Below the pieces are notes generated by a model, which made no database searches, was not told the DNA's origin, and saw only the letters and a list, made by a program, of their open reading frames with translations. Position numbers and translations under genes: made by a program. From the NCBI GenBank assembly GCA_934249215.1, contig CAKQKN010000106.1, forward strand, positions 1,662 to 65,661: a stretch of 64,000 bases of DNA, read 5' to 3'. This DNA is from an uncultured Clostridia bacterium. GTDB lineage: Bacteria; Bacillota; Clostridia; Christensenellales; Borkfalkiaceae. This document shows, in pieces, positions 38,464 through 47,591 of the stretch; position 1 is the first letter of the stretch; each line of letters begins with the position of its first letter.

Positions 38464-40590
38464 ATGAATTTCAGACAAAGAATAATCGAAGAATTTAATA
38501 ACGGCGGGTTCGACCGCGTTTCGCCGAAAACTCTTGCTGCCCGGCTCGGACTGAGGAGCGTTTCCGAGCGTAAAGCACTGAAAGACGTCCTGGTTTCTCT
38601 CGAAAAAGAGGGGGTATTGATTTCGACCGACGGACTATACTCGCTGTTTAAAGAAGAGAACTATATCCGCGGAAAAATCCGCACGTTCAGGCGCGGATTT
38701 GCTTTTCTCACCCCGGACGACGGCTCGCCCGATATGTTCATTCCGCCGCACTCGCGCGGCGGTGCTTATCAGGGTGATACCGTGCTTGCCAAAAAGACTT
38801 TCGAATCTGACGAAAACAGCGACGAAGCGGAGGTCGTCAAGGTGTTGTCGCGCGGAACCGAGCGCGTTTCCGGTAGTTACCATAAGCACGGCGGCTTGCC
38901 TTTCGTCGTTCCCGACGACGAAAATTTTGCCCCGCGCATTCTCGTTCGCGGCGGAAACCTTGCCGAAGCCGACCCGGGCGAGCGCGTCGTGTGCAGACTG
39001 ACGCGGTTTCCCGTCGACGGCGATCCCTCCGGCGAAATAATCGAAGCCTGCGGCAATCCGAACGACGTTTTTTCCCGCGAAACGAGCGTCCTCGTCACGG
39101 CAGGCGTAAGAACGGAATTTCCCGACCGCGTGATGAAAGAAGCCGAATCGATCCCCCTTGCGGTCGACGAAAAAACGGCTCGCGGGCGCAAAGATTTCCG
39201 CTCGCTCCGGACCGTAACGATAGACGGCGACACGGCTAAAGATTTCGACGACGCGATCTCCGTCGAGCGCACGAACGACGGCGGTTTCGTCCTTTACGTC
39301 CACATTGCCGACGTGTCCGAATACGTGAAAGCGGGCGGCGCGATCGACCGCGAAGCATACGAGCGCGGAACGAGTATTTACCTTCCCGACCGCGTGATTC
39401 CGATGCTTCCGGAGCGGCTTTGCAACGGCATATGCTCACTTGTCCCGGGTGAGGACAGGCTGACTCTTTCCGTCGTGCTCACTTACGACGCGGACGGCGA
39501 AATAATCGATAAGTCTTTCTATAAGTCGATTATCAGGTCTTTCAAACGCTTGACTTACAACAAAGTGCAGGCGGCTTTGGACGGCGACGAAACCGTAAAG
39601 AGCGAATATCGCGAAGTAATGCCGATGCTTTATGCGGCAAAAGAACTAAAGGAAATCCTGCTTAAAAAGCGCAGGGAAGAAGGTTCGGTCGATCTCGACG
39701 TCGACGAGTGCGAAGTAAGGCTTTGCCCGGACGGCAAAATAATCGTCGATAAGCGCGAAAGCATCGAAAGCGAACGCATAATCGAGCAGTTTATGATCGC
39801 CGCCAACGTTGCCGTCGCGGAATTTGCATATTATGCCGAACTTCCGCTCGTCTACCGCGTGCACGAGAAACCGTCTGTCGAAAAAACTCGCGCGTTCGTC
39901 GACTTTTTGTCGGCGACTGGCATAGACGCGCCTTGCTCTTCGCTGAAATATCCGAAAGATTATCAGCGCGTGCTCGACGAACTGAAAGGCGAAAAAGTAT
40001 TCCCCGTCGTGAACGACGTAATGCTCCGCAGTATGCAAAAAGCGGTCTATTCGTCCGAAAACAAAGGTCATTTCGGCTTGAACGAAAAATGTTATTGTCA
40101 TTTCACTTCGCCCATTCGCCGTTATCCCGATCTGACCGTCCACCGCATTCTGAAAGGGGTGCTCGAGGGTATGACCGGCCCGATAACCGAAAAATATTCC
40201 TCTTTGACGACTGAAATCGCGGAAAAATGCACCGAAAACGAAAGAAAAGCCGATCTCGTTTCCCGCGACGTGGACGACGCCTACGCGTGCAAGTTCATGC
40301 GGTCTTTTATCGGCGACTTTTTCGAAGTTATCGTTTCGGGCGTTACGCCGGGCGGCTTATACGTCCGTCTTGAAAACTCCGTCGAGGGTTTTATTCCCGT
40401 CGAACGCATGCCCCGCGGAAGATACGACTTTTTCGAGCGCGGCTATGCTCTCGTCTGCGGTCGGAAAAAATATACTCTCGGCGACGAACTTCTCGTAAGG
40501 CTCGTCGCGACGGATATGTCGAACGGAAAGATATATTTCGAGTTCGTTGCCCGCGCAGGTGCGGACGAAAAACCGAGCAAGAGAAAATAA
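38464..40590 (+). CDS. rnr: ribonuclease R
   Basis: About 708 aa. The ATG at 38464 is preferred over the TTG at 38458. RNB motifs DGDTAKDFDDAISVE and HFTSPIRRYPDL, a C-terminal S1 domain and a basic tail. Confidence 0.93.
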   Translation: MNFRQRIIEEFNNGGFDRVSPKTLAARLGLRSVSERKALKDVLVSLEKEGVLISTDGLYSLFKEENYIRGKIRTFRRGFAFLTPDDGSPDMFIPPHSRGGAYQGDTVLAKKTFESDENSDEAEVVKVLSRGTERVSGSYHKHGGLPFVVPDDENFAPRILVRGGNLAEADPGERVVCRLTRFPVDGDPSGEIIEACGNPNDVFSRETSVLVTAGVRTEFPDRVMKEAESIPLAVDEKTARGRKDFRSLRTVTIDGDTAKDFDDAISVERTNDGGFVLYVHIADVSEYVKAGGAIDREAYERGTSIYLPDRVIPMLPERLCNGICSLVPGEDRLTLSVVLTYDADGEIIDKSFYKSIIRSFKRLTYNKVQAALDGDETVKSEYREVMPMLYAAKELKEILLKKRREEGSVDLDVDECEVRLCPDGKIIVDKRESIESERIIEQFMIAANVAVAEFAYYAELPLVYRVHEKPSVEKTRAFVDFLSATGIDAPCSSLKYPKDYQRVLDELKGEKVFPVVNDVMLRSMQKAVYSSENKGHFGLNEKCYCHFTSPIRRYPDLTVHRILKGVLEGMTGPITEKYSSLTTEIAEKCTENERKADLVSRDVDDAYACKFMRSFIGDFFEVIVSGVTPGGLYVRLENSVEGFIPVERMPRGRYDFFERGYALVCGRKKYTLGDELLVRLVATDMSNGKIYFEFVARAGADEKPSKRK

Positions 40591-40623
40591 AAACCTGCCT
40601 ATAAGTCGATTATTCACGATTTT
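40589..40623 (+). repeat. dispersed REP-like element (copy H)
   Basis: aaaaaCCTGCCTATAAGTCGATTATTCACGATTTT begins at the rnr stop codon and ends 10 nt before the smpB ATG. Confidence 0.85.
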
Positions 40624-40633
40624 GGAGAAAAAC

Positions 40634-41083
40634 ATGAAGATAATATGCGAAAACAGAGAAGCCCGTCACGAATATTTCATTCTGGAAACCTACGAGGCGG
40701 GAATATCGCTCGACGGCGGCGAAGTAAAATCGATAAGGCTCGGCAACGTGAACCTTAAGGACTCGTTTTGCGCAATCGGCAACGGAAGCGTTTTCATAAA
40801 GAACATGCACGTTTCCGTATACGATAAATCGGGCGCGTACAACGTGCGCGAAGCCAAGCGCGACCGCAGACTGCTTATGCATAAGTCGGAAATCCGCAAA
40901 CTGAACTCGAAGATCCGCGAAAAGGGCTTCACGCTCGTCCCGCTGAAACTTTATTTCAAGGACGCGCTCATAAAAATAGAGCTTGCGCTTTGCAAAGGCA
41001 AACACACCTTCGACAAAAAGCAAGCCCTGATGGAGAAAGATCTCAAACGCGCGTCGGAACGCGACGTCAAAAACTACGGCTGA
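40634..41083 (+). CDS. smpB: SsrA-binding protein
   Basis: 149 aa starting from the ATG at 40634 (GGAG RBS). NREARHEYFILETYEAGISLDGGEVKSIR. Confidence 0.93.
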   Translation: MKIICENREARHEYFILETYEAGISLDGGEVKSIRLGNVNLKDSFCAIGNGSVFIKNMHVSVYDKSGAYNVREAKRDRRLLMHKSEIRKLNSKIREKGFTLVPLKLYFKDALIKIELALCKGKHTFDKKQALMEKDLKRASERDVKNYG

Positions 41084-41104
41084 AACCGCCGAGATTAGCA
41101 ACTT

Positions 41105-41140
41105 AAAAATCGGCGTATAAGTCGATTATCACGATATTTG
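41105..41140 (+). repeat. dispersed REP-like element (copy I)
   Basis: aaaaaTCGGCGTATAAGTCGATTATCACGATATTTG, 22 nt after the smpB stop. Confidence 0.85.
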
Positions 41141-41157
41141 CGTTAAAAAACGATAGG

Positions 41158-41769
41158 TTACCCGGCACACGGGGAGAGATATTTTTCCAAAACGGAACGA
41201 ACTCTTTCGTTTCTTTTTGCCGCTTCGAAAAGCGAAAGATAAGTCTGCGTAACGTCGAAGCGCGCGTCGTGGCTCGCCGCGCCGTCGCCGAAAAGTTCGA
41301 TGCTTTTCCTCGTCACGTCATAGTCGTAAATATCGTAAAACGCGGCGAGTTCGACGAGTTTCGGATATTTATATTTGCCGAATTTCGCGGGCGAGGGAAT
41401 GGCGACGTCGTTTTTCAGTTCTCTCATCGTGTCGAACTTTTCTTTGTAATGAAAAATTCTCGATTCATACCCGAATTCCGCCGACATAAACGAAAAATCG
41501 AACGGAAAATTGTGCGCTACCGTAAGGTCCGCCGCGCGGAAATCGTCGTCGATCTCTTCAAGGAACTCGGAAAAAGTCTTTCCGTCCGACAGGACGGCGA
41601 GTTTTTCCGGCGTGAACCCGTGAACGGCGATTGCCGACGGTTCGACGAAGGGCGTGTAAAAAAAGAAATTTTTTCCTTTAACGTCCGTTTTCGTCGCCAT
41701 TACGTAAGAAAGTTGGATAACCCGTCCGGGGCGCAACCCCGTCGTTTCGGTGTCGAATATCAATATCAT
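41158..41769 (-). CDS. DEDDh 3'-5' exonuclease (DnaQ/epsilon-like)
   Basis: 203 aa. ExoI IFDTETTGL, ExoII VAHNFPFDFSF, ExoIII HDARFDV. Confidence 0.8.
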   Translation of the reverse strand: MILIFDTETTGLRPGRVIQLSYVMATKTDVKGKNFFFYTPFVEPSAIAVHGFTPEKLAVLSDGKTFSEFLEEIDDDFRAADLTVAHNFPFDFSFMSAEFGYESRIFHYKEKFDTMRELKNDVAIPSPAKFGKYKYPKLVELAAFYDIYDYDVTRKSIELFGDGAASHDARFDVTQTYLSLFEAAKRNERVRSVLEKYLSPCAG

Positions 41770-41902
41770 CGTTCGTTCTCTTTATCGCAAAAATATGTCG
41801 CGGCGCGTTCGGATTTTTCGTTCGGACACATATTTTTTCGTCCGCAACGATAATTTTTCTGCCCGCTTTTGCGAGTATCTTTTTTTTTGAGCATTTTTTA
41901 CT

Positions 41903-41930
41903 TTGATTTTATCGCCGAATAGGGTATAAT
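41903..41930 (+). promoter_or_regulatory. sigma-70-like promoter
   Basis: TTGATT, a 16-nt spacer, TATAAT. Confidence 0.55.
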
Positions 41931-41960
41931 AAATCATCGTAAGGGTAAGTAACGTCGCCC

Positions 41961-42110
41961 GCGCCATGGATTAGCACTCATCTGATTGACGCGCCATGGG
42001 TTAGACGCAGAGCGGACGATAATATTATAGCCCCGATCGTCAAATAAAGCAACGGAAAACCGCCGCGGTAAAAAAACAAACTTTTTTCCCGCTTGAGAAA
42101 AGCGGTTTTA
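41961..42110 (+). promoter_or_regulatory. structured leader: direct repeats plus terminator-like hairpin
   Basis: GCGCCATGGATTAG (41961-41974) and GCGCCATGGGTTAG (41991-42004) are 30 nt apart. A hairpin GACGAT/ATCGTC follows, then CCGCTT-gagaa-AAGCGG + TTTTA (42089-42110), before the ATG at 42157. Confidence 0.4.
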
Positions 42111-42156
42111 TCGGTTGTCCGAAAGAACGGACGAAATCTCTCAGAGGAGACGCCAT

Positions 42157-44004
42157 ATGAAATTTTGCACGCATTGCGGCACGTCGCTGCCGGACAGAGC
42201 GGAAATTTGCCCGGTCTGCAAGAGCAAATGCTCCGTCACGGACGCGAAACTCGCCTCGGAAAGCGCAGAAGCCGCCGCAAAAAGCGAATTAAAGGAAAAT
42301 CAGAAAATATCGGAAGCGAAAGCCAAGGCCGAAGCGGAAAAGAAAGCCAAAGCCGAAGCGCACGCCAAGGCGGAAGCCGAAAAGAAAGCAAAGGCGGAAG
42401 CGCGTGCCAAAGCAGAATCCGAGAAAAAAGCCGAACTCGAAGCGGCGAGGAAAGCAAAAGAAGAAGTCGAGGCAAAAGCCAAAGCGGAATCTTTGTCGAA
42501 AATCGCCGAAAAGCCCGAGTCTGCCGCCGCGGAAAAATCGGAAAACCCGATAAAAACGGAAAACCCGATAAAAACGGAAGAACCGATAAAAACGGAAGAA
42601 CCGAAGAAAGCCGAAAAAACAATCAAGAGTACCGATTCCCGCACTTTGCTCGTTCGTTTGAGCGTGATATTCGCCGTTATCGCGGCGCTGGTTTCGGCGG
42701 TGTTCGTAATGTTCCTCGGCGTTTCGGTAAAAATAACCGTTCCTCCGCGCGACGTCGATCCCGAAGTGTTTTACTATTTCGTCGAGCACGGCTTTTCATA
42801 TTTCGTGAAATCGTTGGACGCGGCAAAAGCAACCGAACTCATAACGGAAACGGGTTTTTATCCCACCGAACAGCTTGTCAACGCATACGTAACGCTGTCT
42901 GTAATAAGATCGATCGTCGTGATCGCGTCCGTCGTCCTGATCTCCGTGTTCACCCTTATTGCCGTCATCGATTTTTTACGCTATGCAAAGAACGGCGATT
43001 CGAAATTTCGTCCGGTGTGGGCGATATCCGCCGTCGTAACTTACGTTTGTTGCGTCGTCGCCGTCAGGATGTTCGATTACGGCAAAATCGAGTTCGTGTT
43101 CAGAAGCGGCAATAAAACGATTTCCTCGTCTGAACTTTCGATGGACTTGAACGCTCCGACGATCATCGGGCTGTGTTTGTCCCTTCTTCTGTTGGCGGCT
43201 GCCCTCGTGACGGACTATTTGTCCGGAAAGAACGGTTCCGAACGCGCGGAGCAAAAATCTTCGTCCGTCGGTTTTGGCGATGGGGCGGGGTATTCGCGGA
43301 AAACGGAAGAATCGAAAAACCGCAAAACGTTCAGACTTGAAAAAGTCGCCGTTTATTGCGTGGCGGGGCTCTCGTTGCTGACGATTTTCGTGTCGGGTTT
43401 CACCGCCGTCAGTTCGACGTCGAAAGGTTTCGGCGAAACGGAGGTAAAGGACCCGCAGACCGGCGAATATCAAACGATGAGCGGCGTCCGCGAATATACC
43501 GAAACGATGCCGCTTACCTCGCTTCTTCGCAAATACTCGCTCGAAGAAGAAGAAACGCTTTACGAAATCGGCAACGTCGAAAAACTTCTCGCTCGCTATC
43601 CCGACAATCTCGATTGGATCATTGAAAAAGAAGGACTCGACGCGAAGCTTGCATCCATACGTGAAAGAGAGAATTATGCGTTCAACTTCGGAATGTCGAT
43701 GGCGTTCACGGACCTCGCGACGATAGTCTTTTCGGGCTTACTCGCGGTCTACGTGCTGTGTCTGCGTGAAAAACTGCACGGTGAACTTCTCGTCGTCGTA
43801 AGTTTACTTCCCATGATTTTCTCTTTCGTATCCTTTGCCGTCGGAATATTCTTGCTTCGCTCGTTCGGCAAAATTCAGGTCGAACTCGGCATAGCGGCAC
43901 CGTTCCTGACGATTCTGACGTCCGCGGCGGCTTGCGTGTTGACCTTCTTCATCCGCAAAGCTATTCTCAAAAAAAGCGAATCCGAGCATCAGGTTCTCGA
44001 TTAA
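42157..44004 (+). CDS. zinc-ribbon protein with KAEAE/ENPIKT repeats and a polytopic membrane domain
   Basis: 615 aa starting from the ATG at 42157 (GAGGAG RBS). N-terminal CTHCG..CPVCK, a long (A/E/K) low-complexity helix, 18-nt tandem repeats at 42542-42610, then ~8 TM helices. Confidence 0.7.
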   Translation: MKFCTHCGTSLPDRAEICPVCKSKCSVTDAKLASESAEAAAKSELKENQKISEAKAKAEAEKKAKAEAHAKAEAEKKAKAEARAKAESEKKAELEAARKAKEEVEAKAKAESLSKIAEKPESAAAEKSENPIKTENPIKTEEPIKTEEPKKAEKTIKSTDSRTLLVRLSVIFAVIAALVSAVFVMFLGVSVKITVPPRDVDPEVFYYFVEHGFSYFVKSLDAAKATELITETGFYPTEQLVNAYVTLSVIRSIVVIASVVLISVFTLIAVIDFLRYAKNGDSKFRPVWAISAVVTYVCCVVAVRMFDYGKIEFVFRSGNKTISSSELSMDLNAPTIIGLCLSLLLLAAALVTDYLSGKNGSERAEQKSSSVGFGDGAGYSRKTEESKNRKTFRLEKVAVYCVAGLSLLTIFVSGFTAVSSTSKGFGETEVKDPQTGEYQTMSGVREYTETMPLTSLLRKYSLEEEETLYEIGNVEKLLARYPDNLDWIIEKEGLDAKLASIRERENYAFNFGMSMAFTDLATIVFSGLLAVYVLCLREKLHGELLVVVSLLPMIFSFVSFAVGIFLLRSFGKIQVELGIAAPFLTILTSAAACVLTFFIRKAILKKSESEHQVLD

Positions 44005-44085
44005 GCCCCTCTCGACGCTTTTTGTCGATCGCGCAGCGGTCACTTCTTCACATAAACGCAAGGTGAAAATTCAAATAATAAAAAA

Positions 44086-44112
44086 GCTGTCGCATCGATG
44101 CGGCAGCTTTTT
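44086..44112 (+). terminator. rho-independent terminator
   Basis: A6, GCTGTCGCATC/GATGCGGCAGC, then T5. Confidence 0.8.
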
Positions 44113-44124
44113 GCTTGTCGTTAC

Positions 44125-44153
44125 TTGACGAACAAATGTTCGTATGTTAAAAT
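44125..44153 (+). promoter_or_regulatory. SOS promoter with a LexA (Cheo) box
   Basis: TTGACG, a 17-nt spacer, TAAAAT (TGt extended -10). CGAACAAATGTTCG at 44129-44142 has perfect GAAC-N4-GTTC arms and overlaps the -35 and the spacer. Confidence 0.8.
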
Positions 44154-44234
44154 GATCATGTTAAACCCATACATAAGACCGTACGACGAGTGTGCATAAT
44201 ATGAGTGATGAAATAAAGGAAAGGGGGATAAGGC

Positions 44235-45527
44235 GTGAACGGCGAAACGATAACGGACGAAACGAAAACTTACGTTTGCATCGACCTGAAGTCGTTTTAC
44301 GCTTCGGTCGAAGCGGTCGAGCGCGGAATGGACCCGATGACCGAAAATCTCGTCGTAGCCGATCCTTCGCGCGGGCGCGGCGCGATATGCCTCGCGATCA
44401 CGCCGGCGATGAAAAAACTCGGCGTAAAAAACAGATGCCGCCTTTTCGAAATTCCCGAGGGGATAAGTTAAGTGACCGCATTGCCGCGTATGAAAACGTA
44501 TATGCGCTATTCCGCGCGCATATATTCGATTTATCTTCGTTTCGTGAGCGCGGACGATATTCACGTTTATTCGATCGACGAATGTTTCATCGACGCGACG
44601 AGTTATCTTCGGTTATACGGCGTGGACGGACGAGGGTTTGCGACGAGTTTGCGCAACGCCGTATTTGCGGAAACGGGCATAACCGCCACATGCGGGATCG
44701 GAACGAATCTTTTTCTCGCCAAAGTCGCCCTCGACATAGAAGCCAAAAAATCCCCCGACGGCATAGGTTATCTCGATCGGCTGGAGTTTCGCCGCAAGAT
44801 ATGGACGCACCGACCGATTACGGACGTGTGGAACGTCGGTCGCGGAATTGCGAAGCGTCTGGAAAAATTCGGCATATACGATCTGAAAGGGGTTGCGTGT
44901 TGCGACGAAGATATATTGTATAAGGAATTCGGCGTCAACGCCGAGTATCTGATCGACCATTCTCACGGCGAAGAACCTTGCACGATCGCCGACATCCACG
45001 CCTATAAATCGGAAGAACGTTCCATCTCTAACGGACAGATATTGTTTTCCGATTACGCCTATGAAAACGCACTGACGATACTCAAGGAAATGGTGGATTT
45101 TCTGACGACGGAACTTTCCGAAAACAGGCTCGTCGCGAACAGAATTTTCCTGTCCGTCGGCTATTCGGGCGATTGCCATAAGGCGACGGGCGGCTGGAAA
45201 AAACTCGCCGAGGGGTACACTCGTTCATATGTGCATATAAAGAACGCGTTCGTCAAGCTTTACGAAGCGACGACTGCAAAGGACAGCCCGATTCGGCGAA
45301 TCAACGTGGGCGTTTCGGGGCTTAAGTCGGAAGATTTTATGACCTACGATCTGCTGACGGACAAAACTCGGCTCGACAAAGAGGTCGCCGCGATCGATGC
45401 GGTGGTCGGTATTCGCCGTAAACTCGGCAAAAACTCGGTGCTTCGCGGCGTCGATCTGAAAAAAGAAGCCACCGCACGCGAGCGGAACAAACTCATCGGC
45501 GGTCATAACGGAGGCGAAGAAGAGTAG
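44235..45527 (+). pseudogene. Y-family (DinB/UmuC/UvrX-like) DNA polymerase interrupted by an in-frame TAA
   Basis: ORFs 44235-44471 and 44472-45527 share one frame and are separated only by TAA at 44469-44471. The N-part has DLKSFYASVE and the C-part has SIDECFID. Confidence 0.8.
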
Positions 45528-45638
45528 AAGTGCCCCCGTTTCTTAAATAATCGGCGTTTCTTAAATAATCGGCGATGACGAACGGAATCCATATAATGAT
45601 ATGATTCCTTATAATGATATAACGAAGAGGGCGAAATT

Positions 45639-45953
45639 ATGAAAAAAGACAACGTAAAACGCGCGGTTCAGTTCATACCGTTTGCCGCGCTCCGCGGGTT
45701 CGACGAAATGCTTGCGGAAGAACTGGCGATAAAGGAAGATCGGACGGAACTCGGTGAAGACGACTGCGCTCGCATATCCGAAACCTTATTGATTCTTAAA
45801 AAGAACGATTTCGTCCGCGTGCGCTTTTACGATAAAACGCGCTATCGGAAAGAATGCGGCGCCGTAGCCGAACTCGACTTTACGGCTCGCTATCTGAAAG
45901 TCGGCATGGTGAAAATTCCGTTTGCCGACCTTTCGGACGTAACGATCGAATAA
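45639..45953 (+). CDS. YolD-like protein
   Basis: 104 aa. FIPFAALRGFDEML resembles YolD-family proteins, which typically follow UvrX/UmuC-type polymerase genes in Firmicutes. Confidence 0.65.
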   Translation: MKKDNVKRAVQFIPFAALRGFDEMLAEELAIKEDRTELGEDDCARISETLLILKKNDFVRVRFYDKTRYRKECGAVAELDFTARYLKVGMVKIPFADLSDVTIE

Positions 45954-46038
45954 CCGTCGGAAAATCCCGTTTCTTACCGTCGTTCTTATCGCCGATTACC
46001 GAAAAGCCGTCAAAAAACGGTAAGCAAATGCAAATCGT

Positions 46039-46067
46039 TTGACTTATTTGCGCTTAAGTGATATATT
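46039..46067 (+). promoter_or_regulatory. sigma-70-like promoter of pgk
   Basis: TTGACT, a 17-nt spacer, TATATT, with a TGa extended -10. Confidence 0.6.
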
Positions 46068-46100
46068 TTACGAGGAAAAAACATAAGGAGTGTTTTGAAT

Positions 46101-47318
46101 ATGAGTATGCTCAATAAAATGTCGGTCAAAGACGTAGACGTCGCCGGCAAAAGATGTCTTGTAAGAGTTGATTTCAACGTCCCCATGAAGGACGGAAAGA
46201 TCACCGACGAAAACAGAATCAACGGCGCGCTGCCCACGATCAAATACCTCATCGATCATAAAGCAAAAGTAATACTTTGCTCTCACATGGGCAAGCCCAA
46301 GGGGCAGGTCGTCCCTAAATACAGCCTTAAACCGGTCGCCGAAAGACTTTCCGAGATTCTCGGACAAAAAGTAGTTTTCGCAACCGACGTTATCGGACCT
46401 TCCGCCGACGAAGCGGTGAAGAATATTAAGGACGGCGAAGTCGTTCTTTTGGAAAACACCCGTTTCGAAGCTGGCGAAGAAGCGCGTGATCCCGCGTTCT
46501 GCAAAAAACTCGCAAGCTACTGCGACGTTTTCGTAAACGACGCATTCGGAACCGCCCACCGTTCGCACGGCTCGACCGCCGCTATCGTCGAACAGGGCTA
46601 CGTAAAGACCGCCGTCTGCGGGTTCCTTATTCAGAAAGAACTCACCATTATGGGCGGAGCACTCGAACACCCCGAAAGACCGTTCGTAGCGGTTCTCGGC
46701 GGCGCTAAAGTTGCCGACAAGCTCAAAGTTATATCCAACCTTCTCGAAAAATGCGACACGCTGGTAATCGGCGGCGGCATGGCATACACCTTCCTCAAAG
46801 CCGAAGGCTACGAAGTCGGAACTTCGCTCGTCGACGACAGTCAGATCGGATACTGCAAAGAAATGCTCGAAAAGGCGAAAGCGCTCGGCAAGAAAGTATA
46901 TCTTCCCGTCGACGTCGTAACCGCGAAATCTTTCCCTGATCCCATCGACGCACCCATTGAAACTTCGACGCACGACATTTCGGAAATTCCCGCCGACGAA
47001 GAAGGGCTCGATATCGGCGAAAAGACGAGAGCGCTTTACGCTGAAGTCGTCAAGGGCGCAAAGACGGTCGTCTGGAACGGACCTATGGGCGTTTTCGAAA
47101 ATCCCATTCTCGCTGCCGGAACGAACGCGGTTGCAAAGGCTCTTGCCGAAGCAAAGGACGCAACGACCATCATCGGCGGCGGCGACAGCGCGGCTGCCGT
47201 TGCGCAGCTCGGTTATGCCGACAAGATGACGCACATTTCCACGGGTGGCGGCGCTTCTCTCGAACTTCTCGAGGGTAAGGAACTTCCCGGCATCGCGTGC
47301 CTTAACGAAAAAGAATAA
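46101..47318 (+). CDS. pgk: phosphoglycerate kinase
   Basis: 405 aa starting from the ATG at 46101 (AGGAG 10 nt upstream). [23 protein letters not shown]. Confidence 0.95.
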   Translation: MSMLNKMSVKDVDVAGKRCLVRVDFNVPMKDGKITDENRINGALPTIKYLIDHKAKVILCSHMGKPKGQVVPKYSLKPVAERLSEILGQKVVFATDVIGPSADEAVKNIKDGEVVLLENTRFEAGEEARDPAFCKKLASYCDVFVNDAFGTAHRSHGSTAAIVEQGYVKTAVCGFLIQKELTIMGGALEHPERPFVAVLGGAKVADKLKVISNLLEKCDTLVIGGGMAYTFLKAEGYEVGTSLVDDSQIGYCKEMLEKAKALGKKVYLPVDVVTAKSFPDPIDAPIETSTHDISEIPADEEGLDIGEKTRALYAEVVKGAKTVVWNGPMGVFENPILAAGTNAVAKALAEAKDATTIIGGGDSAAAVAQLGYADKMTHISTGGGASLELLEGKELPGIACLNEKE

Positions 47319-47353
47319 TTTTCGTTCTTTCTCGTCTGAATAACGTTGAATCC

Positions 47354-47396
47354 AAAAGGTCGAATATCCGTTTTCGCGGCTATCCGACCTTTTTTC
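47354..47396 (+). terminator. rho-independent terminator
   Basis: AAAAGGTCG ... CGACCTTTTTT with an inner ATATCCG/CGGCTAT extension. Confidence 0.65.
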
Positions 47397-47591
47397 GTTC
47401 CGAAACGCGTTTTCCGTGCGATAACCTTTCCCGTGATCGTTCTTTTCGCGCTTATCCATCGGTTTGCCGTTCCGCCCGCTGCTTACTTGTTCCGCGGTTT
47501 GCCGTTCCGTCCGCCGCTTTTCTTTTTGCCGCTTGCCCCGATATTCTACCGCCGTCGCGCCACGCATATAATTAAGGGAAAGGGGCGAAAA

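Noticed and set aside
39519-39534. An exact 16-mer, CTATAAGTCGATTATC, inside the rnr coding sequence, preceded by AATAATCGATAAGTC.
   Set aside because: It lacks the A-run, GC and T-run flanks of the intergenic copies. It encodes FYKSIIRS, a segment that corresponds to a conserved region of RNase R (I/FY.S(V/I)I.S in homologues as I recall). It is most likely coding sequence that happens to match, not an inserted element. It is still worth including in a genome-wide motif census.
41084-42156. A tmRNA (ssrA) gene next to smpB.
   Set aside because: The 74-nt spacer after smpB is too short. The 41770-42156 spacer has no GGGG..UUCGACG 5' end, no tRNA-like TPsiC arm/ACCA 3' end and no tag reading frame.
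42093-43115. A 340-aa Arg/Lys/Ser-rich ORF and several - strand ORFs (42236-42789) over the KAEAE repeat region. Also 44192-44923, overlapping the polymerase gene.
   Set aside because: These are alternative frames of low-complexity or repeat DNA. The frame starting at 42157 has an RBS, a zinc ribbon and a coherent membrane domain. The others have no start context or motifs.
47400-47591. A possible sporulation-specific (sigma-E or sigma-K type) promoter and the direct repeats GGTTTGCCGTTCCG.CCGC (twice) upstream of yqfC.
   Set aside because: ATATT...CATATAAT elements are present, but the spacing (~19 nt) does not fit the consensus as I recall it. The repeats are short. There is not enough evidence to call a promoter.
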